NCBI GenBank assembly: GCA_942493095.1
Contig: OW818675.1
Coordinates: forward strand, 1,860,001-1,892,000
Origin: Candidatus Electronema halotolerans
GTDB taxonomy: Bacteria > Desulfobacterota > Desulfobulbia > Desulfobulbales > Desulfobulbaceae
Direction of reading: 5' to 3'
Length of the DNA: 32,000 bases
Position numbers and translations under genes: made by a program. The notes below the pieces were generated by a model. The model searched no databases. It worked only from the letters and a program-made list of their open reading frames with translations, and was not told the DNA's origin. Shown piece after piece: positions 19,200 to 29,882 of this stretch (position 1 is the first letter of the stretch; each line of letters starts with the position of its first letter).

Positions 19200-20360
19200 T
19201 TAGTGCAATTCTTTTATCTCTTGCTGCGTCAGTTCCCGCGCCTTTTGATCCGCAGCCAGAATCGCGGCCAGATCAAGATCATCACCCGCAGCAAACTGCG
19301 TCAGCACTGATGCTGCCACTTTTGCAATATCTGTGAAGCCGATTTCCTGTTCCAGAAAGGCAGCAACCGCAATTTCGTTGGCAGCATTGAGCACCGCAGG
19401 TTTGACTCCGCCTTCCTTGAGCACGGCAAAGGCCAAATTCAGGGCCGGAAAACGCTCGTAATCCGGTTTCTCGAAACTGAGATTGCCGCAGGCGGAAAGA
19501 CTGAGCGGCGACAGGCCAAGGTTGAGCCGTTCAGGATAGGACAGGGCATAAGCAATGGGAATGCGCATGTCAGGAATGCCGAGCTGGGCCATCACTGAGC
19601 CGTCAATGTACTCAACCAAGGAATGGACAATAGACTGCGGATGCACCACCACCCGGATTCTCTCTGCTGGAATGTCAAAAAGCCAGCAGGCCTCGATCAC
19701 CTCCAGCCCCTTGTTCATCAGTGTGGCGGAATCAATGGAAATCTTCCGGCCCATGTTCCAGTTGGGATGGGCCAGAGCTTGGTCAGGCGTGACCTGCGCA
19801 AGCTGCTCTTTCGCCAAAGTGCGGAACGGCCCGCCGGAAGCAGTGAGAATAAGCATGGCCACGTCGTCGCGGCGGCCTGCTTCAAGGGCTTGAAAAATCG
19901 CGGAATGCTCGGAATCTATCGGCAGCAGGGCGACTTTGTGTTTTTGCACAGCCTCCATGACCAAGCGTCCGGCCATGACCAAGGTTTCCTTGTTGGCCAA
20001 GCCAATGTCCTTGCCTGCGGCAATGGCCGCCAAGGTCGGCAGCAGGCCAACAGAGCCGACCATTGCTGAAACCACCATTGCGGCGGATGGCACGGTGGCA
20101 ATCTTGCTGCTGCCCTCTTCGCCGTGGAAAATTTTATCCTGCCAGACCGCAGGCAGCAGCTCGGCCAACTGCGCTGCGGCTTGTTCGTCTGCCACAGAAA
20201 CGCATTCTGGCTGAAACTCCAGCACCTGCTTGGCCAGCTCCGTGACATTGCGTCCGGCAGCCAGCCCGACGATGTGGAAACGGTCAGGAAAGGCCCGCAC
20301 TACATTGAGGACATTGTTGCCGATGGAACCGGTCGAGCCGAGCAGAGAAAGATTTTTCAT
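19200..20360 (-). CDS. dxr: 1-deoxy-D-xylulose 5-phosphate reductoisomerase
   Basis: [73 protein letters not shown]. Confidence 0.96.
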   Translation of the reverse strand: MKNLSLLGSTGSIGNNVLNVVRAFPDRFHIVGLAAGRNVTELAKQVLEFQPECVSVADEQAAAQLAELLPAVWQDKIFHGEEGSSKIATVPSAAMVVSAMVGSVGLLPTLAAIAAGKDIGLANKETLVMAGRLVMEAVQKHKVALLPIDSEHSAIFQALEAGRRDDVAMLILTASGGPFRTLAKEQLAQVTPDQALAHPNWNMGRKISIDSATLMNKGLEVIEACWLFDIPAERIRVVVHPQSIVHSLVEYIDGSVMAQLGIPDMRIPIAYALSYPERLNLGLSPLSLSACGNLSFEKPDYERFPALNLAFAVLKEGGVKPAVLNAANEIAVAAFLEQEIGFTDIAKVAASVLTQFAAGDDLDLAAILAADQKARELTQQEIKELH

Positions 20361-21154
20361 GCAAAAAATCCTGCTGTGATGAGCAGATGCAGCAAGGGCG
20401 CGGCAAAAAGCAGGCTGTCGGTCCGGTCGAGCAGGCCGCCATGCCCGCCGAGCATGGTGCCGGAATCTTTGCGGCTGGAGCCGCGCTTGATCACTGATTC
20501 TGTCAAATCACCGACTATGCCTGCGACAGTGAGCAGCACAGCGGCAAGGGCGATTTTCAGGCTGCTGATTTCCGGCAGGAGAAAACAGGCAAGCGCAACA
20601 GCCGCTCCGCTTGCGGCTACTATTCCGCCAATCGCGCCGTTGATCGTTTTGCCCGGACTGACTGATGCACAAAGTTTGCGTTTGCCAAAGGCCCGGCCTG
20701 AGTAATAGGCTCCGGTGTCAGAACCAGCGGTGATGACGGTGAGAAGAAGCAACCATCTGCTGCCTTCCGGCTGACCGTGCAGGAGAATGATAAAGCCGCA
20801 GCAAAGGGAGATGTAGAATACGGAAAAACCGGCGTGGAGAAGAAAGTCCAAAGGGGCGGCAAAGCGGCTGTAAAAAAAGATGACCAGCAGGGCCACGCCC
20901 AGCAGAGCGAGATAGACACCAGTCAGCACTGCCGCTGCTGTGCCGACAGAGGCGGCCAAAACTGGCAGCAGACAGGCGGCAATGGCCAGCGTCCAGGTGC
21001 CGGAGCCGGGAGTCTTGACTGCCATGCGGAAGAACTCGCGCAGGGCTGCTGCGGCTGCGACTGTCATCACCAGCCAGAAAAGAAATGGCGACGCGAAAAA
21101 GAGCAGTAGCACCCACAGCGCAGCCATGAGCAGACCGGGGATTATGCGTTCCAT
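20357..21154 (-). CDS. cdsA: phosphatidate cytidylyltransferase
   Basis: Multi-TM protein with [33 protein letters not shown] and [34 protein letters not shown] (S-x(27)-D-R-x-D-S CdsA signature). Start MERIIPG at 21154. Confidence 0.92.
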   Translation of the reverse strand: MERIIPGLLMAALWVLLLFFASPFLFWLVMTVAAAAALREFFRMAVKTPGSGTWTLAIAACLLPVLAASVGTAAAVLTGVYLALLGVALLVIFFYSRFAAPLDFLLHAGFSVFYISLCCGFIILLHGQPEGSRWLLLLTVITAGSDTGAYYSGRAFGKRKLCASVSPGKTINGAIGGIVAASGAAVALACFLLPEISSLKIALAAVLLTVAGIVGDLTESVIKRGSSRKDSGTMLGGHGGLLDRTDSLLFAAPLLHLLITAGFFA

Positions 21155-21185
21155 GTTATTGCCTGTTCGCAGCGTTGCGACGGTT

Positions 21186-21386
21186 TCATACAAGAACTTT
21201 TCCTTTTGCAAGGATTTCTTTAGTGAATGAGTTGTCTGTCTCGATGAACTCTTCCCATTCACGTTTGGTATAGACAATCAAGTCCATCGGAACTTTAGTT
21301 TTCAAAATATCGAAATATTTTTTCACTAATGAATAATTTTCACTTCGTTCGGCGAAACTCTTTGGCAGTTCGTCCTTATTCAGCAA
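21186..21386 (-). pseudogene. C-terminal fragment of a MNT-type nucleotidyltransferase
   Basis: LNKDELPKSFAERSENYSLVKKYFDILKTKVPMDLIVYTKREWEEFIETDNSFTKEILAKGKVLV; the C-terminal pattern (DLIVYTxxEW...F..EIL.EGKVL) is present but the N-terminal GSxARG...D.D catalytic segment is absent. The ORF begins at a TTG and an in-frame stop lies 3 codons upstream. Confidence 0.55.
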
Positions 21387-21603
21387 GGTCTGATTCTAAT
21401 TCAGAAATTAACTCTGATGTTTCTTTTAGAGAAGCAGCGGCCTGTTCAACCTTTTTATCTAAAGATGTTCTTGACCTTCTAAGTTCATCAAATATATAAT
21501 AAAGTTCAGGCCCAGGCAGCAACGGAATAGAACGTAACAACGCTCTTGTCATCTGTTTAAGCAATTTTCCTGTTATGATCTTTTTGTTTTCAATATCAGA
21601 CAT
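21376..21603 (-). CDS. 75-aa hypothetical protein
   Basis: MSDIENKKIITGKLLKQMTRALLRSIPLLPGPELYYIFDELRRSRTSLDKKVEQAAASLKETSELISELESDLAE; ATG start just after uppS stop, coiled-coil-like C-terminus. Confidence 0.5.
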   Translation of the reverse strand: MSDIENKKIITGKLLKQMTRALLRSIPLLPGPELYYIFDELRRSRTSLDKKVEQAAASLKETSELISELESDLAE

Positions 21604-21608
21604 TATGA

Positions 21609-22345
<737 letters not shown>

Positions 22346-22349
<4 letters not shown>

Positions 22350-22903
22350 ACTTCCATGACCTCTTTTTCTTTGCCAGCGGCTATTGAATCGATCTCTTTG
22401 ACAAAATCGTCGGTCAGCTTCTGCACCTCATCCTGCTGCCGGGCCATCTCGTCTTCCGAGATTTCCTTGTCATTCTTCTGCGTTTTCAGCGTGTCATTGG
22501 CCTCGCGGCGGTCGTTGCGGATGCCGACTTTGAACTCTTCCGCAATCTTCTTGACCTGCTTGACCAGCTCCTTGCGCCGCTCCTCAGTGAGCTGGGGAAT
22601 GGGCAGGCGGATGATCTTGCCGTCGCTGGTCGGAGTCAGGCCAATGTCTGAACCGAGAATTGCCTTTTCAATAATCGGCAGCATCTGCGGGTCCCACGGC
22701 TGAATGGAAATCAAGCGGGGTTCCGGGATGGTCAGGGCAGCCACTTGATTGAGGGGCATTTTGGAGCCGTAGGCATCCACCTTGATGCTGTCCAACAGGG
22801 ACAGCGAGGCCCGGCCTGTGCGGATTTTGGTCAGGTCACGCTTGAGAGCCTCAATCCGGGCCGCCATTTTTAATTCAGCTTCATCAACAACAGGATTTGC
22901 CAT
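22346..22903 (-). CDS. frr: ribosome recycling factor
   Basis: LTKIRTGRASLSLLDSIKVDAYGSKMPLNQVAALTIPEPRLISIQPWD, IRLPIPQLTEERRKELVKQVKKIAEE. Confidence 0.96.
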
Positions 22904-23534
22904 GATCTTTCTCCATATACGCTGAGATGGATGAGCGGACTATTGTCAAAAAAATGCTCATAAGTTTTTCAATCTCATTCAAATAGTATTCATCAATGTC
23001 AATACAGGCTTTTTTTTCTGACAATTTTATAAATTTCCAAGCAGTTCCTGTGGTGACGCAGCCATACACATCACGCAGCGAATTTCCTTCCCGTTTATTG
23101 TATAGATCAGCCGCATACATTGTCGCAATGCACTGCCCCAATCCTTGAACGATATTCTCTTTTTTCGCCTCAACTATTGCAACCACAGGAGCTGTGATAT
23201 AAAATTGCTCTGAATTCAGACTGATGATGTAATCACATTGCCCATCCAGTTCCTTTGCTTCATCTACCGTGAATGTTGAGCCTGAAAAAAGACTTATCGT
23301 GTTATTTAATGTCCGGCGCAGCTCCGCCATGATTGGCGCGATAATCCATTCTGATCTGGATTTTTCTGTATTGATGGATAACGCTAAGGGAGCAAATTCG
23401 TCCAAAGTGGTCTTTAAATAATCGCTTATTGACACCGCCTCAATGCTCGAACTTGAAAATAAATGATCAGTTTCAATAACATCAATGCCAAGTTTCTGCT
23501 TCACATCTTTTAAGGTGAATTTGCTGTAGGCCAT
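22884..23534 (-). CDS. PD-(D/E)XK nuclease-fold protein, type I restriction R-subunit N-terminus-like (paralog A)
   Basis: SRSEWIIAPIMAELRR...ELDGQCDYIISLNSEQFYITAPVVAIVEAKKENIVQGLGQCIATMYAADLYNKREGN...VYGCVTTGTAWKFIKL: E ... D ... EAK ... Q arrangement. Confidence 0.7.
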   Translation of the reverse strand: MAYSKFTLKDVKQKLGIDVIETDHLFSSSSIEAVSISDYLKTTLDEFAPLALSINTEKSRSEWIIAPIMAELRRTLNNTISLFSGSTFTVDEAKELDGQCDYIISLNSEQFYITAPVVAIVEAKKENIVQGLGQCIATMYAADLYNKREGNSLRDVYGCVTTGTAWKFIKLSEKKACIDIDEYYLNEIEKLMSIFLTIVRSSISAYMEKDHGKSCC

Positions 23535-23543
23535 TTCAGAAAA

Positions 23544-24152
23544 TCACTGCGTTATGTTTTTCTTAGCCTCAATGACAATCCAATTGAGCACATCAAACAA
23601 CTGCTGCAAATTTTCCGCTGCTGAATAGGAAACAACTTCCATTGTCAGAATATTCCTGCACAGCTTGCCAAACTGCCAAAAGTTGCCTGTGGTCACAATG
23701 CCGAATATTTCCTGCTCCATAGTATTGTTAAATTTCTGAGCAGCAATCATTTCAGCCAGCACCTGCGCCCACCCTTCGTTAAAATTTTCTTTCTTCGCTT
23801 CAGCGATGCAAACAATTGGATTTTTAAAGGTTGTTCCGATATCTGACGCAGGGGCAATGATAAAATCAGGCACACCAACCAAGCCTTCTTCTTCCGCAAC
23901 ATCAAATCTGACATGTGACCAGACAGGCAGCCCGTTGTTCTTGGCAACTATGTTCAATATCGGAAATATGATTGATTCACATATCGCATTCTCACTGACA
24001 TAACTTCGTTTTGTTCGTAGATTATCGCTGATAAGATCAAATAAGACCTTGTCAACGACAAGGCTTGTTTCTTGCACGAAAGACTGCTCAACAAGTTTGA
24101 TTTTAAATTTGGTCGCTACTTGTTCATAAGTAGCAAAACTTCCATAAGGCAT
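23544..24152 (-). CDS. PD-(D/E)XK nuclease-fold protein (paralog B)
   Basis: MPYGSFATYEQVATKFKIKLVEQSF...ENAICESIIFPILNIV...GVPDFIIAPASD...PIVCIAEAKKENFNEGWAQVLAEMIAAQKFNN...IFGIVTTGNFWQFGKL; collinear with paralog A. Confidence 0.7.
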   Translation of the reverse strand: MPYGSFATYEQVATKFKIKLVEQSFVQETSLVVDKVLFDLISDNLRTKRSYVSENAICESIIFPILNIVAKNNGLPVWSHVRFDVAEEEGLVGVPDFIIAPASDIGTTFKNPIVCIAEAKKENFNEGWAQVLAEMIAAQKFNNTMEQEIFGIVTTGNFWQFGKLCRNILTMEVVSYSAAENLQQLFDVLNWIVIEAKKNITQ

Positions 24153-24174
24153 ATCTACGCCATCAAAGTGAGAT

Positions 24175-24882
24175 TCACGCCACAATCAGCGTCCCCATCT
24201 GCTCGCCTGCAGCAGCACGGGCAATGTTGCCTTGCTTCTTCATGTTGAAGACCAGCACTGGCAGGTTGTTGTCACGGGCAAGAGAAATGCCGGCAGCATC
24301 CATGACCCGAAGCTGATCCTGCAGCACCTTGGTGTAGGTGAGGCGGTCAAAGCGGACAGCATTTGTATCCTTTTCCGGGTCGCGGTCATACACGCCATCC
24401 ACCCGCGTGGCCTTCATCATCACATCCGCGCTGATCTCCAAGGCGCGCAGCACGCCGCCGGTGTCAGTGGTGAAATAGGGATTGCCCGTGCCTGCGGCAA
24501 AGATCACCGCCCTGCCCTGCTCCAGATGCGCCAGTGCCCCGGCGCGGGTGTATGGCTCGCAGACATTCTGCATGGCAATGGCCGAGAGCACCCGGCACGG
24601 CACTCCGACCCGCTCCAGCCCGTCCTGCATGGCCAAGGCATTAAGCACGGTGGCCAACATGCCCATGTTGTCGGCCACAGCCCGGTTCATGCCGCCCGCA
24701 GCTCCGGCCACGCCCCGGAAAATATTGCCCGCGCCGATCACCAGCCCGATCTGCACCCCTTGCTCATGCACGGTCTTGATTTCCTGAGCGACAAACTGAA
24801 TCATGGCCGGGCTGATGCCGTAAGCCCCATCGCCCATCAGGGCCTCGCCGCTGATCTTGAGAAGGATGCGCTGATATGACAT
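24175..24882 (-). CDS. pyrH: UMP kinase
   Basis: [68 protein letters not shown]. Confidence 0.96.
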   Translation of the reverse strand: MSYQRILLKISGEALMGDGAYGISPAMIQFVAQEIKTVHEQGVQIGLVIGAGNIFRGVAGAAGGMNRAVADNMGMLATVLNALAMQDGLERVGVPCRVLSAIAMQNVCEPYTRAGALAHLEQGRAVIFAAGTGNPYFTTDTGGVLRALEISADVMMKATRVDGVYDRDPEKDTNAVRFDRLTYTKVLQDQLRVMDAAGISLARDNNLPVLVFNMKKQGNIARAAAGEQMGTLIVA

Positions 24883-24913
24883 GAAAAATGCTCCGTCAAA
24901 GAGGGAAAAAAGG

Positions 24914-24945
24914 AAAAAGGCGCGGGCGGCAACGATTTACGCGCC
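24914..24945 (-). terminator. probable Rho-independent terminator at the tsf/pyrH junction
   Basis: On the minus strand: GGCGCG-(15 nt)-CGCGCC-TTTTT; the stem overlaps the tsf stop region. Confidence 0.55.
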
Positions 24946-25548
24946 GAGCTGGAAGCGGCTGAAACGCTTGATGGAAATGTTCTCGCCCATCTTGACGATC
25001 AGCTCATTGAGCAGGTCTTGAATCGAGACATCAGGATTCTTGACAAACTTCTGCTCCAGCAGGCAGTTTTCAGCCACAAACTTGTCGATTTTGCCATCAA
25101 CAATCTTGGCAACTATGTTCTCAGGCTTGCTTTTGCCAGTTTTTTCAGCTTCCTCTTTGACCTGACTGAGATAGACTTCCCGCTCGCGGGCAATCATTTC
25201 TGCTGGCATGTCCTCCCGGCGGACGGCCACCGGATTGGTGGCAGCGATGTGCATGGCCACATCTTTGGCAAAGGCCTTGAACTGATCGGTCTTGGCGACA
25301 AAGTCAGTTTCGCAGCCAACCTCGACCATCACGCCCAGCTTGCTGTTGCTGTGAATATAGCATTCAACCACACCCTCGGAAGTGGCGCGGTCGGCCCGCT
25401 TGGCCGCCACGGCCAGACCCTTCTGGCGCAGGTAGTCAACCGCCTTCTCCATATCACCCTGGGTTTCCGTCAGGGCCTTTTTGCAGTCCATCATGCCTGC
25501 ATTGGTCGCATCGCGCAGCTCTTTGACCATCTGGCTGGTGATTTGCAT
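24937..25548 (-). CDS. tsf: elongation factor Ts (short form)
   Basis: VKELRDATNAGMMDCKKALTETQGDMEKAVDYLRQKGLA, GVMVEVGCETDFVAKTDQFKAFAKDVAMHIAA. Start MQITSQM at 25548. Confidence 0.95.
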   Translation of the reverse strand: MQITSQMVKELRDATNAGMMDCKKALTETQGDMEKAVDYLRQKGLAVAAKRADRATSEGVVECYIHSNSKLGVMVEVGCETDFVAKTDQFKAFAKDVAMHIAATNPVAVRREDMPAEMIAREREVYLSQVKEEAEKTGKSKPENIVAKIVDGKIDKFVAENCLLEQKFVKNPDVSIQDLLNELIVKMGENISIKRFSRFQLGA

Positions 25549-25580
25549 TCGTATCTCCTTTCTCTGCAAGAAAAAATAAT

Positions 25581-25637
25581 CAGCCGGGCTGACCCGGCAG
25601 AATTGTCGCAAAAAGAAGGGGCCTGCCTAAGCCCCTT
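25581..25637 (-). promoter_or_regulatory. tandem hairpins with U-runs in the rpsB-tsf intergenic region (terminator/attenuator)
   Basis: Minus strand: AAGGGGC-(8 nt)-GCCCCTT-CTTTTT (25616-25637), then GCCGGG-TCAG-CCCGGC-TGATTATTTTTT (25583-25598) before the tsf SD. Confidence 0.65.
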
Positions 25638-25667
25638 TCTGAATCGCCGTCCTCAGCCTTGTTCCGT

Positions 25668-26435
25668 TCAGACTTCGGTTGGCTCCACAAAAGCCTTGGC
25701 ACTCATCTCGGCTTCCAGCTCGTCAATATTGGTTGGAACCGCCTCGCCTGCCGCTCCCCGGCCTTCCAAGATGGCATCGGCAATCTGGGAGGTGATCAGC
25801 TTCACGGCCCGGATTGCGTCGTCATTGCCAGGAATAATGTAATCAACGCCGTCCGGGTTGCAGTTGCTGTCAGTCAGGGCGACCACCGGAATGCCGAGCT
25901 TCTTGGCCTCATCCACAGCAATGTCCTCCTTGCGGGGATCGATGACCAACAGCACATCCGGCAGCTTGCGCATTTCTTTGATGCCGCCGACATTGCGCTC
26001 CAGCTTGACCCGCTCCTTCTCCATCTTAAGAATTTCATGCTTGGGAAAGCGGTTGATGCTGCCGTCCTTCTGCATGGCCTCAATCCGCTTCAGCCGATCC
26101 ACGGAATTCTTGATGGTCTGAAAATTGGTCATCATGCCGCCCAGCCAGCGGTGATTGACATAGAACATGCCGCAGCGCTGGGCCTGCTCTTTAATCACTG
26201 CTTGGCTTTGCCGCTTGGTGCCGACAAAGAGAATGGTGCCGCCATTGGCCGCCACGTCGGTCAGGTAGGCGCAGGCTTTGCGGAACATGCGCATGGTGGC
26301 ATCCAAGTTGATAATATGGATGCCGTTGCGCGGCCCATAGATGTAGGGCTTCATTTTCGGGTTCCAGCGTCTGGTCTGATGTCCGAAATGCAGACCGGCC
26401 TCAAGCATCTGCCGCATGGTGACTGTCACTGCCAT
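25668..26435 (-). CDS. rpsB: 30S ribosomal protein S2
   Basis: [61 protein letters not shown]-like, [49 protein letters not shown]. Confidence 0.97.
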   Translation of the reverse strand: MAVTVTMRQMLEAGLHFGHQTRRWNPKMKPYIYGPRNGIHIINLDATMRMFRKACAYLTDVAANGGTILFVGTKRQSQAVIKEQAQRCGMFYVNHRWLGGMMTNFQTIKNSVDRLKRIEAMQKDGSINRFPKHEILKMEKERVKLERNVGGIKEMRKLPDVLLVIDPRKEDIAVDEAKKLGIPVVALTDSNCNPDGVDYIIPGNDDAIRAVKLITSQIADAILEGRGAAGEAVPTNIDELEAEMSAKAFVEPTEV

Positions 26436-26748
26436 TATTGCTCCTTTTCTGCTTTATGGTTGTTCCTCCACTCCTAAGCCCGATTCCCGCAACGGGAACA
26501 CCAAAGGGCGGCGAGGGAGTGTGTGTGATGGGATGCCTGATTCATTTCAGGCGGTGCTGAAGAAATCTTCTTTATTACCACAAACAAGGCCGGACAGCAA
26601 GCAGTTCCTGCCTGAATGCGGAAAAGTCAGCGGAAATTCAGGGAACAGAGGCTGCCGGGACGGGCAGCCTTGCCCGCTCCAGTGTGAATTCTTTCTGCCG
26701 CCCTTACGGGAGAGAGACAGATGGCAAAGTCGTTTCATCCTGCTTCAG

Positions 26749-29514
26749 CTATATAAGGCTGGCGCGGATTTTCTCGGCAAAGGCTTCGGCAGAAAGCGGC
26801 TTGCTGAAAAAATAGCCCTGCACCTCCTTGCACTGCCGCTGTTTGAAAAAATCGAGCTGCTCTTGCGTCTCCACGCCCTCGGCCACCACATCCAATTTCA
26901 AGCCCGCAGCCATGCGGATGATGGAGTCAACAATGGCCTGGTCCTCTGAGTCCTTGGTCAGATCAGCGACAAAGGATTGATCAATTTTCAGCGTGTTGAC
27001 CGGGAATTTCTTCAGATAAGCCAGCGAGGAATAGCCGGTGCCAAAGTCATCAATGGCGATCCGCACCCCCATATCCCGGATTTCCCGGAGCAGTTCCGCT
27101 GTCTGCAGCGGCTGCTCCATCACCGTGCTTTCGGTGATTTCCAGCTCCAGTTGTTCGGCAGCCAAGGCAGTTTCCTCCAAGGTCGCCTTGATGAACTGGA
27201 GCAGCTTCCGGTCTTGAAACTGCTTGGAGGAGAGATTGACTGCAATCCGCAGCTGGCCGAGGCCTTCTTCCTCCCATGTTTTCACTTGGCGGCAGGCGGT
27301 GCGCAGCACCCATTTGCCCAGCGCGATGATCATGCTGCTTGCCTCAGCCACAGGAATGAATTCCTCTGGCGAGATCATGCCTTCCTTGGGATGGTGCCAG
27401 CGGACCAAGGCTTCAGCACCGACAATCCGGTCTTCCACCAGCGAATACTTGGGCTGATAATGGAGCAGGAACTCCTCCTGCTCCAAGGCGTGGCGGAGAT
27501 CATGCTCCAAATTAAGCCGCTGGAGCAGCCGCTCATTCATCTGCGAGCGGAAATGCTGGAAGCTGCCCCGCGCCTGTTCTTTGGCAAAGTGCATGGCTGT
27601 GTCCGCATTCTTCAGCAGGCTGTCCGCTGTCTTGGCATCATCAGGATAGATGCTGATGCCGATGCTGGCATCAATGAAAACCTCCTGATCGGCAATGTAA
27701 AAAGGCTGTTGGAGCAGATGAATCAGCCGCATGGCTAAGAGGCCGACAGACTCCCGCAGTTTGATTTCCGAAAGAATGACGCAGAATTCATCGCCGCAGA
27801 GCCGGGCGACAATGTCGCTTTTGCGCAGCCCGTTGCGGATGCGTTTGGCCGCTTGGACCAGCAGCTCATCGCCGGCTTTGTGCCCCAAGGTGTCGTTGAT
27901 GTCCTTGAACCGGTCCAAGTCAATGCAGAACAGGGCCAGCGGCATGTCCCGGTCCTGACTGTTGAGCAGAGCCTGCTCCAGCCGCTCTTGAAACAAAGTG
28001 CGGTTGGGCAGCTTGGTCAGCGAGTCATAGAAGAGCAAGTTGCGCAGCTTGCGCTCGGCATTCTTTTTCTCAGTGATGTCGGTGAACACGCCGACATAGC
28101 TGACAGTTGCGCCGCCGCTGTCCCGGATGGCGTTGATGGTCAGCCATTTTTCAAAAATTTCACCATGCTTGCGCCGGTCCCAAATTGCGCCTGACCAGAA
28201 GCCGTTCTCACTCAGCTGCCGCCACATTTCCTTGTAAAAAAGCTGGTCATGACGGCCTGACTGGCAGAAGCGCGGATTCTGGCCCACTGCCTCTTGCCGG
28301 GTGTAACCAGTGATTTCGGTATAGGCATCATTGACATCAAGAATCATGGCCTCGCTGTCCGTGATCACAACCGCCTCTTCGGTGTTTTCAATAATTTTCT
28401 CATCCAATCTGAGCTGATGCTCAAGCTGCTTGCGGTCCGTGATGTCAGTCTGCATACAGCCCACGCAGCATCTGTTCTCCGCGTCCGGCGACAGGGTGAA
28501 GCAGGAGGTGCTGAAGGTTCTGACCCCGTTCTGCAAGGCCATGCTCTCCTCATATTCGGCGGCAGTGTCGCTGCGGCTCTCCTGCAAACGGCGGGTGAGA
28601 CAGGGCAGCAGTTCGCCCGCAGCCCTGCCGACCGCCTCCTGTTTTTTGATGCCGAACAGCTCCTCAAAGCGTTTGTTGACCAAGAGAAACCGCCCGGATA
28701 AATCTTTCATGGTCACAGCGGCGGGCGCGTTTTCAATCAAATCAGCAAGCAGCCGGTGCGCGGCACTCTGCTCGTCCCGGCTGCGGCGCAGCTTGCTGAC
28801 CGTATCCCGGCTGTTGCGGAAAAAGAAGTCAAACAGAACAAAGAGGGCGGCCAGACGCAGGGCCTGCCAAAGCTGCCAGACTGGGCTGTGCGGTTGGAGA
28901 AAGGGAAAGAAAAAGGCGGTCAAGGCGAAGAAGAGACTGCATCCGGCCAGAAGCCGCCGCGCCGGTCTGCCCTTCTGCTGTTTTTGCAGGAAAAAGAACA
29001 GACTGGCGTAAAGAAAGCCAATCCCGCCTGCCCAGCTCATCACCAAGGCGGCTGAACTGGTTTCCGGCAGGATATCCGGGACGAGCATAAAGGTCAGACC
29101 GGGCACAGCGCAGGCCGCAGCGGTCATGCAGGGCAGCCATTCAAAAATCGCAATTTGCGACAGCGATTCCGGGAGGATGACAAGGGCGAAGAGCAGGCCG
29201 CCGACCAAAGCGGCAAGGCTGTGCAGCCAGATTTCCGACAAGGGCAGAGAGCTGGCGGCATTGAAGCCGTCCATAACCCCCATGCCAGCTAACGAGGCGG
29301 CGATCCAGATCGTGCGGACATCAGTGTTTTCAACCTTGTGCATCATGGTGATGAACAGAGAAGTGAGCACAGCGGCCACCGCGCTCCAGCCCAGCAGCAT
29401 GGCTGACAATGGTTCCTGCGCAAGACCCCATGTCCCGCCTGCCGCCGCCTGCGTAGGCAGCAACATGAGTCCTGCCGCCGCAGCCAGCAGCCTGTGGAAT
29501 GCGTGCATGATCAC
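26749..29514 (-). CDS. membrane-anchored PAS-PAS-GGDEF-EAL protein
   Basis: N-terminal ~7 TM segment, PAS motifs (ENAPAAVTMKDLSGRFLLVNKRFEELFG; ENTEEAVVITDSEAMILDVNDAYTEITGYTRQEAVGQNPRFCQSGRH), GGDEF domain with a CGDEF loop (FCIDLDRFKDINDTLGHKAGDELL...VARLCGDEFCV), EAL domain (GAEALVRWHHP, IDDFGTGYSSLAYLKKFPVNTLKIDQSFV, VAEGVET). Confidence 0.92.
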   Translation of the reverse strand: MIMHAFHRLLAAAAGLMLLPTQAAAGGTWGLAQEPLSAMLLGWSAVAAVLTSLFITMMHKVENTDVRTIWIAASLAGMGVMDGFNAASSLPLSEIWLHSLAALVGGLLFALVILPESLSQIAIFEWLPCMTAAACAVPGLTFMLVPDILPETSSAALVMSWAGGIGFLYASLFFFLQKQQKGRPARRLLAGCSLFFALTAFFFPFLQPHSPVWQLWQALRLAALFVLFDFFFRNSRDTVSKLRRSRDEQSAAHRLLADLIENAPAAVTMKDLSGRFLLVNKRFEELFGIKKQEAVGRAAGELLPCLTRRLQESRSDTAAEYEESMALQNGVRTFSTSCFTLSPDAENRCCVGCMQTDITDRKQLEHQLRLDEKIIENTEEAVVITDSEAMILDVNDAYTEITGYTRQEAVGQNPRFCQSGRHDQLFYKEMWRQLSENGFWSGAIWDRRKHGEIFEKWLTINAIRDSGGATVSYVGVFTDITEKKNAERKLRNLLFYDSLTKLPNRTLFQERLEQALLNSQDRDMPLALFCIDLDRFKDINDTLGHKAGDELLVQAAKRIRNGLRKSDIVARLCGDEFCVILSEIKLRESVGLLAMRLIHLLQQPFYIADQEVFIDASIGISIYPDDAKTADSLLKNADTAMHFAKEQARGSFQHFRSQMNERLLQRLNLEHDLRHALEQEEFLLHYQPKYSLVEDRIVGAEALVRWHHPKEGMISPEEFIPVAEASSMIIALGKWVLRTACRQVKTWEEEGLGQLRIAVNLSSKQFQDRKLLQFIKATLEETALAAEQLELEITESTVMEQPLQTAELLREIRDMGVRIAIDDFGTGYSSLAYLKKFPVNTLKIDQSFVADLTKDSEDQAIVDSIIRMAAGLKLDVVAEGVETQEQLDFFKQRQCKEVQGYFFSKPLSAEAFAEKIRASLI

Positions 29515-29882
29515 CTTCAGGGCTTCGGCCCTTGCCGACGCAGTCCCTCTGCCTGCCGGGCAAATGCGTGCCTGCGCCCGGCGCAGGAAAAAATGAAAAG
29601 GAATGGCAGCATCTTTCTGGATCGTTGCATGGCTATGGACTCCTTGGCCTTGTTGCAGCAGTCTGGCTTCTGGTGAAAATTATACCGTAACAGCCAGAAG
29701 AAGAAAGCGCAAATAAGACGCTTTTCTGACATTTTTCTGTTTCCATCGTAATATTTTCCGAACATTCATCTTTTCAAGTATGGCCCTGACAAGAGGCCAG
29801 ATGCAATTGGGCTGGGCAAAAAAATCGTCGGGCTGTCTGCTGTCTTGGCTGAATTTGAGAACCTTTTTTTCAGGAGGAGAAA

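Noticed and set aside
26649-26670. AGGCTGCC-(6 nt)-GGCAGCCT hairpin as a terminator
   Set aside because: A perfect 8-bp stem but no adjacent T-run on either strand; kept only as an unexplained inverted repeat.
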